The notes: generated from the sequence alone by a model not told the origin. A stretch of DNA of 64,000 bases from Abditibacterium sp. (GCA_965246885.1 OZ251992.1:3392001-3456000), one strand, 5' to 3'; numbered from the stretch's first letter, positions 45,641-55,673 are shown. Numbers and translations are program-made.

Positions 45641-47116
45641 ATGACTCGTTTTGTCCTCCCGGCGCTCCTCGCGGGTGCTTTGCTCGCCGCCCCGCATCCT
45701 GCCCCCGCCGCTTCTGCGCCTGTTCCCTTTGCTCCGGCGCCGCTATTTAACATGGCGGATATATCGCTGCGCACGCTGCCCAACGGCGTGCGCTCCATTG
45801 TGAAACGCGCGCCGGGCAGTGACACGCTCTCCATTCAAGTGTGGGTGCGCGGCGGCAGCCGGAGCGAAGGGAAGAATGAAAGCGGCGCGGCGCACCTCGT
45901 CGAGACGTGTGCCGTGCGCGCCTCGAAGAACCAACCGACACGCGCGGTGGGCGAGGGCGGCTTGGCGGGCGCGCTCCGAGCGTTCGGGGGCGATGCGGGC
46001 GCACTGACTTCGCGCGACGCGACCTTCTTTTCGGCTACCGTCGCTCCCGGTTTTGCGGCGCAAGCGATGCACGCTTTGGCCGATACCCTCGCGCAACCCG
46101 TCCTGACGGACGCGGCCATAGACGAGGCGAAGTTGCAGGTGGCCGACGACCTCGCGCGGCGTGCCTTTGACCCCGTTGCGTCCGCGTCGGACTTGGCGTA
46201 TGCGACGGCGTTCGGGCGGCATCCGTATCGCCGCGCCGCGTGGGGCGACGATAGCTCCGTTGCGGCGCTCGCGCCTTCGACGGTGCGCGCCTTTTACAAC
46301 CGGATGTATGTCGGCGCCAACCTGACGGTGGTGCTCGTGGGCGACATCCCGGTGGCCAGCGCGCACGAGTTAATCCGCCAGAGTTTTGGCTCGCTCGCGC
46401 ATGGCAAAGCGAACGTGCTTTCGTTCCCGACCGAGGCCCTGCCCAAAACGAGGCAAGCGTTTCGGCGCGCGACGCTGTCGCGCGATGCCGTTGCGCTCGC
46501 GTGGCGCTCGGCTCCGATTTCCAGCCCGCGCGACGTGGTGGCGATGGATACACTACTCGCGCTGTGGCGCGAGGGGGTGGCGCCCCAACTGCGGCAGAAG
46601 CTCCTGCGCGGTGGCCCCGATTCCGCCGATAACCCGCCGCTTGCGTCCGCGTATGAAGTGGACTTCCTGACGCAACGCGATGCGGGGCTGTTCCTCATCA
46701 CGCTCGCGGGGACGGGCGATAAGGAAGCCGCCGTCAAAGCCGTTTTGAGTGAAGTCGAACGCGCGCGGGTGGGCAACCTTTCTCCGACGGAAGTGGATGC
46801 CGCCAAGAGGTTGCTGCGCCAGCAATATATTCAGCAAGCCGAAAACCCGGCGGGCCAAGCCGGAAGTTTAGGGTTCTACGACAGCATCGCGGACTACCGC
46901 TTCGCCGTCAACTATCTGTCCTTGTGCGCGACGGTGACGCCCGCCGACTTGGAGCGCGTGGCCACCAAATACTTCGCGCCCTCGGCGGCCATCCGGGTGG
47001 AACTGTCGCCCGTCCCGCCTCAGCACGAACAACCCGAAATCCCCCGCCCCGGCGACCCGAACATCATCACAACGGGGTTTGGGACGGGCGCGCAAACGAT
47101 TGGAAGAGGGCGTTAG
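45641..47116 (+). CDS. M16 (pitrilysin) family protein with signal peptide and degenerate Zn motif
   Basis: TLPNGVR, VWVRGGS, GAAHLVET, HPYRR, FYNRMYVGAN. Confidence 0.85.
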   Translation: MTRFVLPALLAGALLAAPHPAPAASAPVPFAPAPLFNMADISLRTLPNGVRSIVKRAPGSDTLSIQVWVRGGSRSEGKNESGAAHLVETCAVRASKNQPTRAVGEGGLAGALRAFGGDAGALTSRDATFFSATVAPGFAAQAMHALADTLAQPVLTDAAIDEAKLQVADDLARRAFDPVASASDLAYATAFGRHPYRRAAWGDDSSVAALAPSTVRAFYNRMYVGANLTVVLVGDIPVASAHELIRQSFGSLAHGKANVLSFPTEALPKTRQAFRRATLSRDAVALAWRSAPISSPRDVVAMDTLLALWREGVAPQLRQKLLRGGPDSADNPPLASAYEVDFLTQRDAGLFLITLAGTGDKEAAVKAVLSEVERARVGNLSPTEVDAAKRLLRQQYIQQAENPAGQAGSLGFYDSIADYRFAVNYLSLCATVTPADLERVATKYFAPSAAIRVELSPVPPQHEQPEIPRPGDPNIITTGFGTGAQTIGRGR

Positions 47117-47163
47117 CCCCGCTTGTTACTTTGTTGGAGCGGGGCTAACGCCCTCTTCCAATC
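47098..47163. repeat. perfect 26-bp inverted repeat (REP-like) overlapping a stop codon
   Basis: gattggaagagggcgttagccccgct, 14-nt loop, agcggggctaacgccctcttccaatc. Confidence 0.85.
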
Positions 47164-47191
47164 ATCCCACCCACAAACCTCAGCGACACCC

Positions 47192-48577
47192 ATGAAACAC
47201 CTCTATTTTCCTCTCCTCCTCGCCGTTGCGACGGCCTCTATCGCTGCGACGCCGCCCGCGCCGACGCGGGTGCAAATAGTCTCGAAGACCGAGCGCATCG
47301 AGACGCTCCCCAACGGCTTGCGCTTCGTGTCGAAGAGCGACCGCACCGCGCCGAGGGTGGCCTTATCCCTCCAAGTGCGCGTGGGCGCGAGCGATGAGAC
47401 GGCGCCAACAGCTGGTTGGCGGCGCTTGTTGGCCGGGGCGGTGGCGCGCGGCGTTCCGAGCAAAATGGGCGGGAGCGGGGCGGGGGCGCCAGTTCTTGCG
47501 GAATCTCTCAACGACACTCAAGGCATCGCGCGCTTGGCCGAGCAGTTTGGCGGGAGCGCCGGGGTATCGGTCGGGGACGACGCCATCGAGTTTTGGGCGA
47601 CTGGCGATTCGGCGCACGCAGCGCAGTTGCTGCGCTTGCTGGTCGGGATGTGGCAGTCACCGCGCCTGTCGGACGCCGACATCGCGGCGGCGCGCACCTC
47701 GCAGGGCAATCAGTTGGACGCCCAAGACCTCGACTTGGCCGGTCAAACGAGCCAAGCGCTGCGCACGCAAGAGTTCGTGGACGCGAGCGGCGCGGCGGTG
47801 AGCTACGGCTTGGGCGAGATAGGCACGGCGCAATCACTGAAGAACCTCTCGCCCGATAAGGTGCGCGACTTGGCGGCGAGGGTGGCGTCGTCCCCCGCGA
47901 CACTCAGCGCAGTGGGCGATGTGGATGCTCCGAACCTGCGGGCGGTGCTGGCCGAACTACGTCGGGCGACGTTTGTGCCCGCGAGCGCACCGACGTTCGC
48001 GCCGCTCAAGACGGGCAAACCGGCGTTCGTGGTGCGCGACGTGCCGACACCGACGGCGTGGGTGTTTCTGTCGTTCCCGTTGGGACGCGTGTCGCCCGAT
48101 GACGCTCCGGCGCTACGCCTTCTGAGCGCGGCGCTATCGGACGTGCCCAATGCACGCTTGGCGAGGCGGTTGCTGTCTGGCACGCTCGTGGAGGGCGCGC
48201 CCGCCGCGCTTTCGCTGTCGAGCCAGTTCGTGTTTCGGCGCGACGGCAGCGAACTGCTGGTTTCGGCGCAGACATCGCCCTCGCGCGTGGACAAAGTGAA
48301 AAACGCCCTCATTGAGGAAGTGTCGCGCCTCAAGAGCGCGCCGCTTTCGGCGCGTGAGTTTGACGCGGCGCGCAACTTCGCGCGGGGAGACTGGGCAGTC
48401 GCGCGGCAAAGTTTGCGCGACCGCGCCTTTTTGGTCGGGCAAAGCGCATCACTCATGGGCGCGCCCGATGGGACATGGCCCGCGCGTTTGGCGCGCGTGA
48501 CGCCCGCGAGCGCCCAAGCCGTCGCCCGCCGCACGCTCGGCTCCTACGCAGTCGCTCTCGTGATGCCCCATTCGTAA
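47192..48577 (+). CDS. M16 family non-catalytic subunit with signal peptide
   Basis: TLPNGLR, VRVGASDE, SAVGDVD, LARVTPA; no HxxEH. Confidence 0.8.
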   Translation: MKHLYFPLLLAVATASIAATPPAPTRVQIVSKTERIETLPNGLRFVSKSDRTAPRVALSLQVRVGASDETAPTAGWRRLLAGAVARGVPSKMGGSGAGAPVLAESLNDTQGIARLAEQFGGSAGVSVGDDAIEFWATGDSAHAAQLLRLLVGMWQSPRLSDADIAAARTSQGNQLDAQDLDLAGQTSQALRTQEFVDASGAAVSYGLGEIGTAQSLKNLSPDKVRDLAARVASSPATLSAVGDVDAPNLRAVLAELRRATFVPASAPTFAPLKTGKPAFVVRDVPTPTAWVFLSFPLGRVSPDDAPALRLLSAALSDVPNARLARRLLSGTLVEGAPAALSLSSQFVFRRDGSELLVSAQTSPSRVDKVKNALIEEVSRLKSAPLSAREFDAARNFARGDWAVARQSLRDRAFLVGQSASLMGAPDGTWPARLARVTPASAQAVARRTLGSYAVALVMPHS

Positions 48578-48595
48578 GCGGTTGCGGTGCATTAG

Positions 48596-49498
48596 GTGGG
48601 CGTTCCTTACACTGGCGGGGTGACTCCCATTTTCAATTCGGTGAACACGGGCTTTTCGGTGCGCGGCGGGCAACGCGATTCCGTCGCCTCGTCGCTGCGC
48701 GAAATCTGGCGCTTCCGCTCGCTCATCTTGGAACTCGTGCGGCGCGACTTGAAGGTGCGCTACAAAAACCGCGTCGGCGGCATGCTGTGGAGCCTGTTCC
48801 CGCCGCTCATGCAAGTGCTCACCATCACGCTGATGGTGAAGTTCTTTCTAACGCAAATCAACAATTACTCGGCCTATCTGATGACGGTGATGTTCCTCTG
48901 GCAGTTCTTCCAAAACACCGTGCTGGATTCGTCGCAGGCGATGATCACGAACGCGGCGCTCGCGCGCAAGATTTACTTCCCGCGCGGCGTTTTGCCGCTC
49001 GTGACGCTGGTTTCCAACCTTATCCACTTCGGCATCGCGTTTGTGTTCATCCTCGTGTATCTGCTGGTGCTCAATCACGGGCGCGTCGTGCTACCGCAGT
49101 TCTTCTGGCTGGCGCCGTTTTGCGTTGTGGGGCTGGGCGCGTTCGGGCTGGGGATGGGTTATCTGCTGGCGTACATGACGACGCTGTATGACGACGTGCG
49201 CTTTTTGAGCGTGACGCTGTTGGGACTGTTCTTTTATCTGGTGCCAGTGCTCTATCCCATCGAGCGCGTCGCGGCGCAACCGCACATTTACCCGTTCTAT
49301 ATGCTCAACCCCGCTGCCGTGTGGCTGGTGTGCTTTCAGCGCGCCTTTTTGCCGCCCATCGTCCAACCGGGCGGGCCGCCGCCCGTTCCGATGCCGCTCG
49401 AATGGATGGGCGTGGCGACGCTCATCAGTGCCGCCACGCTGTTCCTTGGCTTTTGGGTGTTCGAGCGATCCAAGTGGATGATGATGGAGAGGTTGTAA
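48596..49498 (+). CDS. ABC-2 polysaccharide export permease (Wzm-like)
   Basis: RDLKVRYK, KIYFPR, PVLYP, LNP; start uncertain. Confidence 0.9.
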   Translation: MGVPYTGGVTPIFNSVNTGFSVRGGQRDSVASSLREIWRFRSLILELVRRDLKVRYKNRVGGMLWSLFPPLMQVLTITLMVKFFLTQINNYSAYLMTVMFLWQFFQNTVLDSSQAMITNAALARKIYFPRGVLPLVTLVSNLIHFGIAFVFILVYLLVLNHGRVVLPQFFWLAPFCVVGLGAFGLGMGYLLAYMTTLYDDVRFLSVTLLGLFFYLVPVLYPIERVAAQPHIYPFYMLNPAAVWLVCFQRAFLPPIVQPGGPPPVPMPLEWMGVATLISAATLFLGFWVFERSKWMMMERL

Positions 49499-49503
49499 CC
49501 GCT

Positions 49504-50286
49504 ATGGAATACGCCATCGAACTGGAGAACGTCTCCAAAGAATTCGTCGTCATCCACCGCGAGCGCACGGTCAAGTCGGCGGTCATGCGCCTCTTGATGT
49601 GGCACCCGCCACGCAAAGAGCGGATGAAGGCGCTCGAAAACGTCTCCTTCGCCGTTCCCAAAGGGCAAACTGTCGGCGTGGTCGGCGCCAATGGGCAGGG
49701 CAAGTCCACGTTGCTCGCCATGCTCGCGCGCATTTATCGGCCCACGTCCGGCACCATCACCGTGCGCGGGCGCATCGCCTCGCTGCTTGAACTCGAAGCC
49801 GGGTTCCAACCGGAATTTACCGGCTACGAGAACATCTATCTCAACGGCGTTATCATGGGCCTGACCCACGCCGAGTTGGACGCGCAACTGGAAAACATCA
49901 CGCAGTTCGCGGGCGTGCGCGACCAGCTAACGCAACAAGTCAAGCACTATTCGTCCGGCATGAAGGCGCGCTTGGGGTTCGCCATTGCCGCGCACGTCGA
50001 GCCGGATGTGTTGCTGGTGGACGAAGTGCTGGCCGTTGGCGATGCGCAGTTCCAAGAGCGCTGTTTCCAAAAGATAGAGGAGTTCAAGCGCGACGGCGTC
50101 ACCATTTTCGTCGTCTCGCACGACCTGCGCGCCCTTCGCCGCGTGTGCGACCGCGTCTTGTGGATAGAAGCGCACCGCGTCAAGATGGATGGCCCCGCCA
50201 AGCAGGTGTTGGACGCTTACGAAGCGGGCTGGGAGTCGCCCGCTTCCGCCAACGGCGCGGCGACGCGGCAATCAGTGCCCACCTAA
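49504..50286 (+). CDS. ABC polysaccharide export ATPase (Wzt-like)
   Basis: GANGQGKST, YSSGMKARLGFA, VDEVLAVGD. Confidence 0.92.
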   Translation: MEYAIELENVSKEFVVIHRERTVKSAVMRLLMWHPPRKERMKALENVSFAVPKGQTVGVVGANGQGKSTLLAMLARIYRPTSGTITVRGRIASLLELEAGFQPEFTGYENIYLNGVIMGLTHAELDAQLENITQFAGVRDQLTQQVKHYSSGMKARLGFAIAAHVEPDVLLVDEVLAVGDAQFQERCFQKIEEFKRDGVTIFVVSHDLRALRRVCDRVLWIEAHRVKMDGPAKQVLDAYEAGWESPASANGAATRQSVPT

Positions 50287-50309
50287 CCCCCCACCCCCAA
50301 TCTGCCTAC

Positions 50310-51863
50310 CTACGCCGCAGTGCGAATGGCGGCTTCAACGGCGGCAAACAGGCGCTCTGATTCGACGGGCTTGGGCAGAAAATCCCGAAACCCGGCGTCG
50401 CGGGCGCGGTCGCGCTCGCCGGGGGACGCGAAGCCGGTGAGCGCGATGGCGGGAATGGCGAGGCGGCGGTCGTGGAGGGCTTGCAAGAAGTCGTAGCCGT
50501 CGTTGTCGGGGATACCGATGTCGCACAGCGCCACGTGCGGGCGCCACGTCGCAACTTTTTCGAGCGCTTCGGCGACGCTCGCGGCGACCTGCACCTGCGC
50601 GCCGCGCGAAGCGAGAGTCAGACGCATCCACTCGCGCGCTTCGACTTGGTCGTCTACACACAGAACTTTGATGATTGCCCAGTTGAGGGCGGTGGGTTCG
50701 TCGGCCCGTTGCAGGGGCACGCACTCTCCGGGATCGAGGGACAATGGCAACTCAGCCCGGAAAGTGGTGCCTTGGCCCACGCCTTCGCTCCACACGCTCA
50801 CGCGCCCGCCGTGCAACTCCACCACGTTTTTTACGATCGCCAACCCCAACCCCAAGCCGCCGTAGCGCCGCGTGGTGGAGCCGTCGGCTTGACGAAAACG
50901 GTCGAAGACAAAGGGCAAGAACTCTGGGTCAATGCCCGCGCCTTCGTCGCGCACTTCCAAAACAGCCCACTCGCTTCCGTCGCGTGGTGCCACGCAGGTC
51001 TTGACCGTGATGGTGGCGCCGTCGGGGGAGAATTTAATGGCGTTGGAGATAAGGTTCCACGTCACTTGTTGCAAGCGCATCGGGTCGCCGCATACCAAGG
51101 GCGCGTCTGCGGCTTGCAAGTCGAGCCGCACCCCCTTGGCCGCCGCCGAGGGCATCACCGCTTCGGTCGCGGTGCGAACGATCGAGCTAAGGTCGAGTTC
51201 GAGGGTTTCCAAACGGAAGTTGCCCGCCACGATGCGGGACACGTCCAGCAAATCCTCGATGAGTTGCGCCTGAGTTTTGGCGTTGCGCTCGATGACCACG
51301 AGGGCGTGATCGGTAGTTTCGGCGTCGAGTTGGTTGCCGCGCAGGAGGCTTGTCCAGCCCATAATGGCGTTGAGAGGCGTGCGCAGTTCGTGGGACAAAG
51401 TGGCGAGAAATTCGTCCTTGGCGCGATTGGCGGCTTCGGCTTCGGCGCGCTGAATGTGGGCGCGTTCGAGTTCGAGGCGCGTGGTTTCGTTGCGCTTGCG
51501 CTCGATGGAATAGCGGATGGAGCGTTCGAGCAGTTGGGCGTCGGTGGTGTCTTTGCGAAGGTAATCCGCCGCGCCGCGCTGAATGGCTTCGAGGGCGACA
51601 TTCTCGTCGGAAAGACCGGTGAGCACAATCACCGGCATAGGCGGCGCGAGACTTTGCACTGCCTCGAAATTACCCAATCCCTGTCCATCCGGTACGCTCA
51701 AATCCACCAGTGCCACGTCGAAAGCGCCGCCCGCAAGGGCTTCTCGCGCCTGCGCGAGGGTGGCGACGTGGCAAAGTTCCGGGCTGGCGCCAGGAATTTC
51801 TTCCAGAGCCGCTTCCACTAAGAGGGCGTCGGTGGGGTTATCTTCTAAAAGCAACAAGCGCAT
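50310..51863 (-). CDS. hybrid histidine kinase (REC-HisKA-HATPase-REC)
   Basis: LLLEDN, SHELRTPL, NLISNAIKF, GLGLGL, C-terminal receiver. Confidence 0.93.
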   Translation of the reverse strand: MRLLLLEDNPTDALLVEAALEEIPGASPELCHVATLAQAREALAGGAFDVALVDLSVPDGQGLGNFEAVQSLAPPMPVIVLTGLSDENVALEAIQRGAADYLRKDTTDAQLLERSIRYSIERKRNETTRLELERAHIQRAEAEAANRAKDEFLATLSHELRTPLNAIMGWTSLLRGNQLDAETTDHALVVIERNAKTQAQLIEDLLDVSRIVAGNFRLETLELDLSSIVRTATEAVMPSAAAKGVRLDLQAADAPLVCGDPMRLQQVTWNLISNAIKFSPDGATITVKTCVAPRDGSEWAVLEVRDEGAGIDPEFLPFVFDRFRQADGSTTRRYGGLGLGLAIVKNVVELHGGRVSVWSEGVGQGTTFRAELPLSLDPGECVPLQRADEPTALNWAIIKVLCVDDQVEAREWMRLTLASRGAQVQVAASVAEALEKVATWRPHVALCDIGIPDNDGYDFLQALHDRRLAIPAIALTGFASPGERDRARDAGFRDFLPKPVESERLFAAVEAAIRTAA

Positions 51864-51881
51864 AAACGACGGGGGTGGGCT

Positions 51882-52304
51882 TTATTGGGCGGGGGGAAGT
51901 AGGACGATGGAGAACCAGAAGGTCTCGATGGCGCGCACGACATGGGCGAACTGCTCGAAGTCCACCGGCTTGGAAACGTAGCAGTTGGCGTGCAAACCGT
52001 AAGCGCGCAGGATGTCCTCTTCGGCTTTACTGGTGGTGAGCACGACGACGGGAATGCGCTTGAGGTCTTCGTCTTCTTTGATTTCCGACAAGACTTCGCG
52101 CCCGTCTTTGCGCGGTAGGTTGAGGTCGAGTAGAATCAGGTCGGGGCGAATGGCGTCCTCGAAGGGCGCGGCGCGGCGTAGAAAGTCGAGCGCTTCGACG
52201 CCATCGGACACCACGTGCAATTTGTTGAGCACTTTGGCGTGTTCCAAGGCTTCTTGGGCCAGAATGACATCGGTGGGCGAATCCTCGACAAGCAATATAT
52301 CCAC
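51882..52304 (-). CDS. single-domain response regulator (Rcp1-like)
   Basis: ILLVEDSPTD, LLDLNLPRKDG, VVLTTS, KPVDF, FWF; start GTG 52304 or ATT 52313. Confidence 0.92.
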   Translation of the reverse strand: MDILLVEDSPTDVILAQEALEHAKVLNKLHVVSDGVEALDFLRRAAPFEDAIRPDLILLDLNLPRKDGREVLSEIKEDEDLKRIPVVVLTTSKAEEDILRAYGLHANCYVSKPVDFEQFAHVVRAIETFWFSIVLLPPAQ

Positions 52305-52417
52305 TGGTTTAATAATTGTCTCCTCGGCGCCGCAAAAGGGCGCAGTTGACACGCCCTCTCTTTTGGGTGCGCATAGTTTCGCTTTTTTGGCGCCGCCGGG
52401 GGCACCGCCGGAGTAAA

Positions 52418-52470
52418 TCATCCCCTCGCCGCCATCGGCCTTGTGTCTGCCGCCGTCGGCGAGGGGATGA
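52418..52470. other. 14-bp perfect inverted repeat in the kinase-regulator intergenic region
   Basis: tcatcccctcgccg ... cggcgaggggatga. Confidence 0.65.
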
Positions 52471-52529
52471 CGGGAGGCGCTCTTCGCGTTTGGGATGGCG
52501 GTCACGCGACCCGCGCCGTCCGCCGCGCG

Positions 52530-54083
52530 TCAGCCGACGCTCCCGGCCAGTTCGCGGACGGCGGGGGCGCCGTCGCCCTCGAAGTCGGGCACCTCATCGG
52601 GAGCGCTTTCGGGAACAAAGAACGAGAACGTCGTGCCCTTGCCCACTTCGCTTTCGACCCAAATGCGCCCGCCGTGCCGCTCGACGATCTTTTTGACGAT
52701 GGCGAGGCCGATGCCCGTGCCGGGGTATTCGGTGCGCGTGTGAAGGCGCTGAAACATCACAAAGATGCGCTCGAAGTATTGCGGCTCGATGCCGGGGCCT
52801 TGGTCGGACACCGAAATCGTCCACCCCGCCCCGCGCGCCTCATCGTCGGTGGCGACGGACTTGACGGCAATCTGCGGCGGCCCCTCGCCCCGGAACTTGA
52901 TAGCGTTGGACAGCAGGTTTTGCATCACCTGTTCGAGTTGCCCCGCATCGCCACGAATGGTTGGAAGCGGGCCGCACTCGACAACTGCGCCGCTTTGGGC
53001 GACGGCGGCGCTCAAGTTTTGCAGGGCAGCACCGACGACGACGTTTAAGTCCACATCGGCGAACGGCTTGCCTTTGGTGCCCACGCGCGAATACGCGAGC
53101 AGGTCGTGGATGAGGTTCTGCATCCTTTGGGCACCCTCGACGGCGTGGTCAATGAACTGGTCGGCGCGTGCGTCCAGTTTGCCCTCGTAGCGGCGCTTCA
53201 AGACGCCAACACAACCCGCGACGGCGCGCAAAGGCTCTTGCAAATCGTGCGAGGCGACGTAAGCGAACTGCTCCAATTCGCCGTTGGAGCGGCGCAGTTC
53301 GCCCACCACACGCTGCAACTTTTCTTCGGCCTCGCGGCGCTGGGCGACCTCGGCTTCAAGGCCGCTACGAGTGCGTTGCAATTGCCCGTTGGCACGCTCC
53401 AAGTCGGCGTAAGCCGCGCTCGATTCGCGCACCGCGCGGGCGCACACCGACGACAGCAGCAGCGTCAGCGTGAGGGCGAAGGCGCTACCAATCCACAGCG
53501 TCAGTTCGGTCAAGCGTTGCCAACGATTCTGCTCGCTGATGCGACTGCGAAGCAAGCCCGATTCCACTGCGTCGAACTCATCGAGCGTGGCGCGCACGTC
53601 GTTCAAGGCGAAGATGCGCCTCGTAATCGAAGCGTGACCCGCCCTTTGCAGGGCGTGCTCCATCGTTTCGGTGGGGGTGCGGTCGCGCACGACCCCCGCG
53701 ACGACATTCATATACACACCCTTTTTGCGGTGAGCTTCGTCCAAGTGGCGCCCTTGTTGGGGGTTGTCAGCCACGAGGCGCCGCAGTTCATTGTAATCTC
53801 TGTCAAAGCGGCGTTTGCCGTCTTCAATGCTTTGGCGGTGCTCTGGCTTGCCGTCCACGATGAGGGCGCGCACCCCGTTGTCTATGATGAACATGTCGTC
53901 GCGCAAGCGTTGCGAGTCCAACAGCACCTGATACGTGTGCGCCTTCCAGCCATCGGCCTCACCCAAGCGGTGGAAGTTCCACAGCGCAAAACCAAGCAGT
54001 GCCAGCAAGACTACAAGCATCGCCCCAAACGAGCGCACCAAGTTGCGGGACAGCTTGTTCAAAGAGGGAGTGGCTTGAGTCAT
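52530..54083 (-). CDS. CHASE3-domain sensor histidine kinase
   Basis: TM-periplasmic domain (HTYQVL, LVADNPQQ)-TM; FAYVASHDLQEPLR; GTGIGLAIVKKIV. Confidence 0.9.
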   Translation of the reverse strand: MTQATPSLNKLSRNLVRSFGAMLVVLLALLGFALWNFHRLGEADGWKAHTYQVLLDSQRLRDDMFIIDNGVRALIVDGKPEHRQSIEDGKRRFDRDYNELRRLVADNPQQGRHLDEAHRKKGVYMNVVAGVVRDRTPTETMEHALQRAGHASITRRIFALNDVRATLDEFDAVESGLLRSRISEQNRWQRLTELTLWIGSAFALTLTLLLSSVCARAVRESSAAYADLERANGQLQRTRSGLEAEVAQRREAEEKLQRVVGELRRSNGELEQFAYVASHDLQEPLRAVAGCVGVLKRRYEGKLDARADQFIDHAVEGAQRMQNLIHDLLAYSRVGTKGKPFADVDLNVVVGAALQNLSAAVAQSGAVVECGPLPTIRGDAGQLEQVMQNLLSNAIKFRGEGPPQIAVKSVATDDEARGAGWTISVSDQGPGIEPQYFERIFVMFQRLHTRTEYPGTGIGLAIVKKIVERHGGRIWVESEVGKGTTFSFFVPESAPDEVPDFEGDGAPAVRELAGSVG

Positions 54084-54182
54084 GGCATCAAGAAAAGAAG
54101 GGAAGGTTTTATCTCGGATGAGAAAGTGTGACAAGTGGCGGCGCCCTCCGCGCCGCCGCTTCCCCATGCCAAACTGCGCCCC

Positions 54183-55661
54183 ATGAAAATTTCTCTCTCG
54201 CTTGCGGCGCCCCTTGAAGTTTCTACTCCCTGCCTCCTGCTCCCCATCTGGAGCGACGAGCCGCTCACGGGCGTGGGGACGGCGCTGGATGTGCAATTAG
54301 GTGGCCTACTCGCGGAAGTCGTGGCGCAGGACGGCTTCAAAGCGGGCGTGGGCGAGTCGCGGGTGGTGCACACGCGTGGCCAAAGCGCGGCGCGGCTGGT
54401 ACTTTTGGGCATCGGCAAGCGCGAGGAGTTCTCGCTTGACCGCTTTCGCAAAGCTCTTGTCAAAGGCGCCCGCGCTGTGCGCGCCCTCAAGAAAGCGGAG
54501 TTCGCCCTCGCGCTTCCACCCGTAGAAAGCGATAAAGTCGCCCTTGTCGGCGCGGCAACAGAAGCCATCGAGTTGGGGCTGATGCAGTTCACGGACTTCA
54601 AGAAAGGCGAGCATTTCGCGGTCGAGAGTGCCACGATCCTGCTGCCCGAAGGCGCCGACGAGGGCGCGGCGCAAGCGGCTTTGGAGCGCGCGCAAACCAT
54701 GAGCCGCGCCAACGCGCGGGCGCGCGCCTTGGTCAATCAGCCCTCCAACCTGAAAACCCCGCAGTCCATTGCCGATGCTGCCATGCGTATTGGCGAGGAA
54801 GCGGGTTTGCGCGTCGAAGTGTGGGACGAAGCGCGCATTCAAGCCGAACGGATGGGCGCGCTGTGGGGCGTGGGCATGGGCAGCGACCATCCGCCGCGCT
54901 TTATCGTGATGGAATACGCCCCGCCCGGAACCGAAGCGGACGCGCCCATTGCACTTGTCGGCAAAGGAATGAGCTTCGATACCGGCGGCTATTCGCTCAA
55001 GACTTCGACCGGGATGGAAGAAATGAAGGACGACATGGCGGGCGCGGCTGTTGTGTTGGGCGCCATGAGCGCGCTGAAAGAGTTGGGCGTTTCCAAGCGC
55101 GTTTTAGGCGTGGTCGCTTCGGCGGAAAACATGGTGTCGGGCAATGCGCAACGCCCCGGCGACATCGTGACCGCCCGCGATGGCACGACCATCGAAGTGC
55201 TGAACACCGACGCCGAAGGGCGCTTGATTTTGGCCGATGCGCTCGTGTGGACGGGCGAGCAGAACCCGTCGCTGGTCGTGGACTTTGCTACGCTCACCGG
55301 CGCCATTGGCATCGCCTTGGGACAAGAGGGCGCGGGGCTGTTTTGCAACGACGACGCCCTCGCGCGCGGCTTGGAAGACGCGGGATTGCAGACGGGGGAG
55401 AAGATCTGGCGCTTTCCGTTGTGGGAGGAATACGACGACTACATGAAGGGCACGGCCTCGGACTTGAAGAACATTGGCCCGGAGCGCCGCGCCGGTTCCA
55501 TCGCCGCCGCCATCTTTTTGCGCCACTTCGTGCCCAAGGGCACGCCTTGGGCGCATCTGGACATCGCCGCCGTCGCGCACGTGCGCGACGCGCGCCTCCT
55601 GACTGAGCGCGGCGCGACCGGTTTTGGCGTGCGGCTGATTCTGGAGTATTTGCGCTCGTAA
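54183..55661 (+). CDS. pepA: leucyl aminopeptidase (M17)
   Basis: LVGKGMSFDTGG, MKDDMAG, NTDAEGRL, WAHLDIA. Confidence 0.96.
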   Translation: MKISLSLAAPLEVSTPCLLLPIWSDEPLTGVGTALDVQLGGLLAEVVAQDGFKAGVGESRVVHTRGQSAARLVLLGIGKREEFSLDRFRKALVKGARAVRALKKAEFALALPPVESDKVALVGAATEAIELGLMQFTDFKKGEHFAVESATILLPEGADEGAAQAALERAQTMSRANARARALVNQPSNLKTPQSIADAAMRIGEEAGLRVEVWDEARIQAERMGALWGVGMGSDHPPRFIVMEYAPPGTEADAPIALVGKGMSFDTGGYSLKTSTGMEEMKDDMAGAAVVLGAMSALKELGVSKRVLGVVASAENMVSGNAQRPGDIVTARDGTTIEVLNTDAEGRLILADALVWTGEQNPSLVVDFATLTGAIGIALGQEGAGLFCNDDALARGLEDAGLQTGEKIWRFPLWEEYDDYMKGTASDLKNIGPERRAGSIAAAIFLRHFVPKGTPWAHLDIAAVAHVRDARLLTERGATGFGVRLILEYLRS

Positions 55662-55673
55662 GCGGAGAAAACC

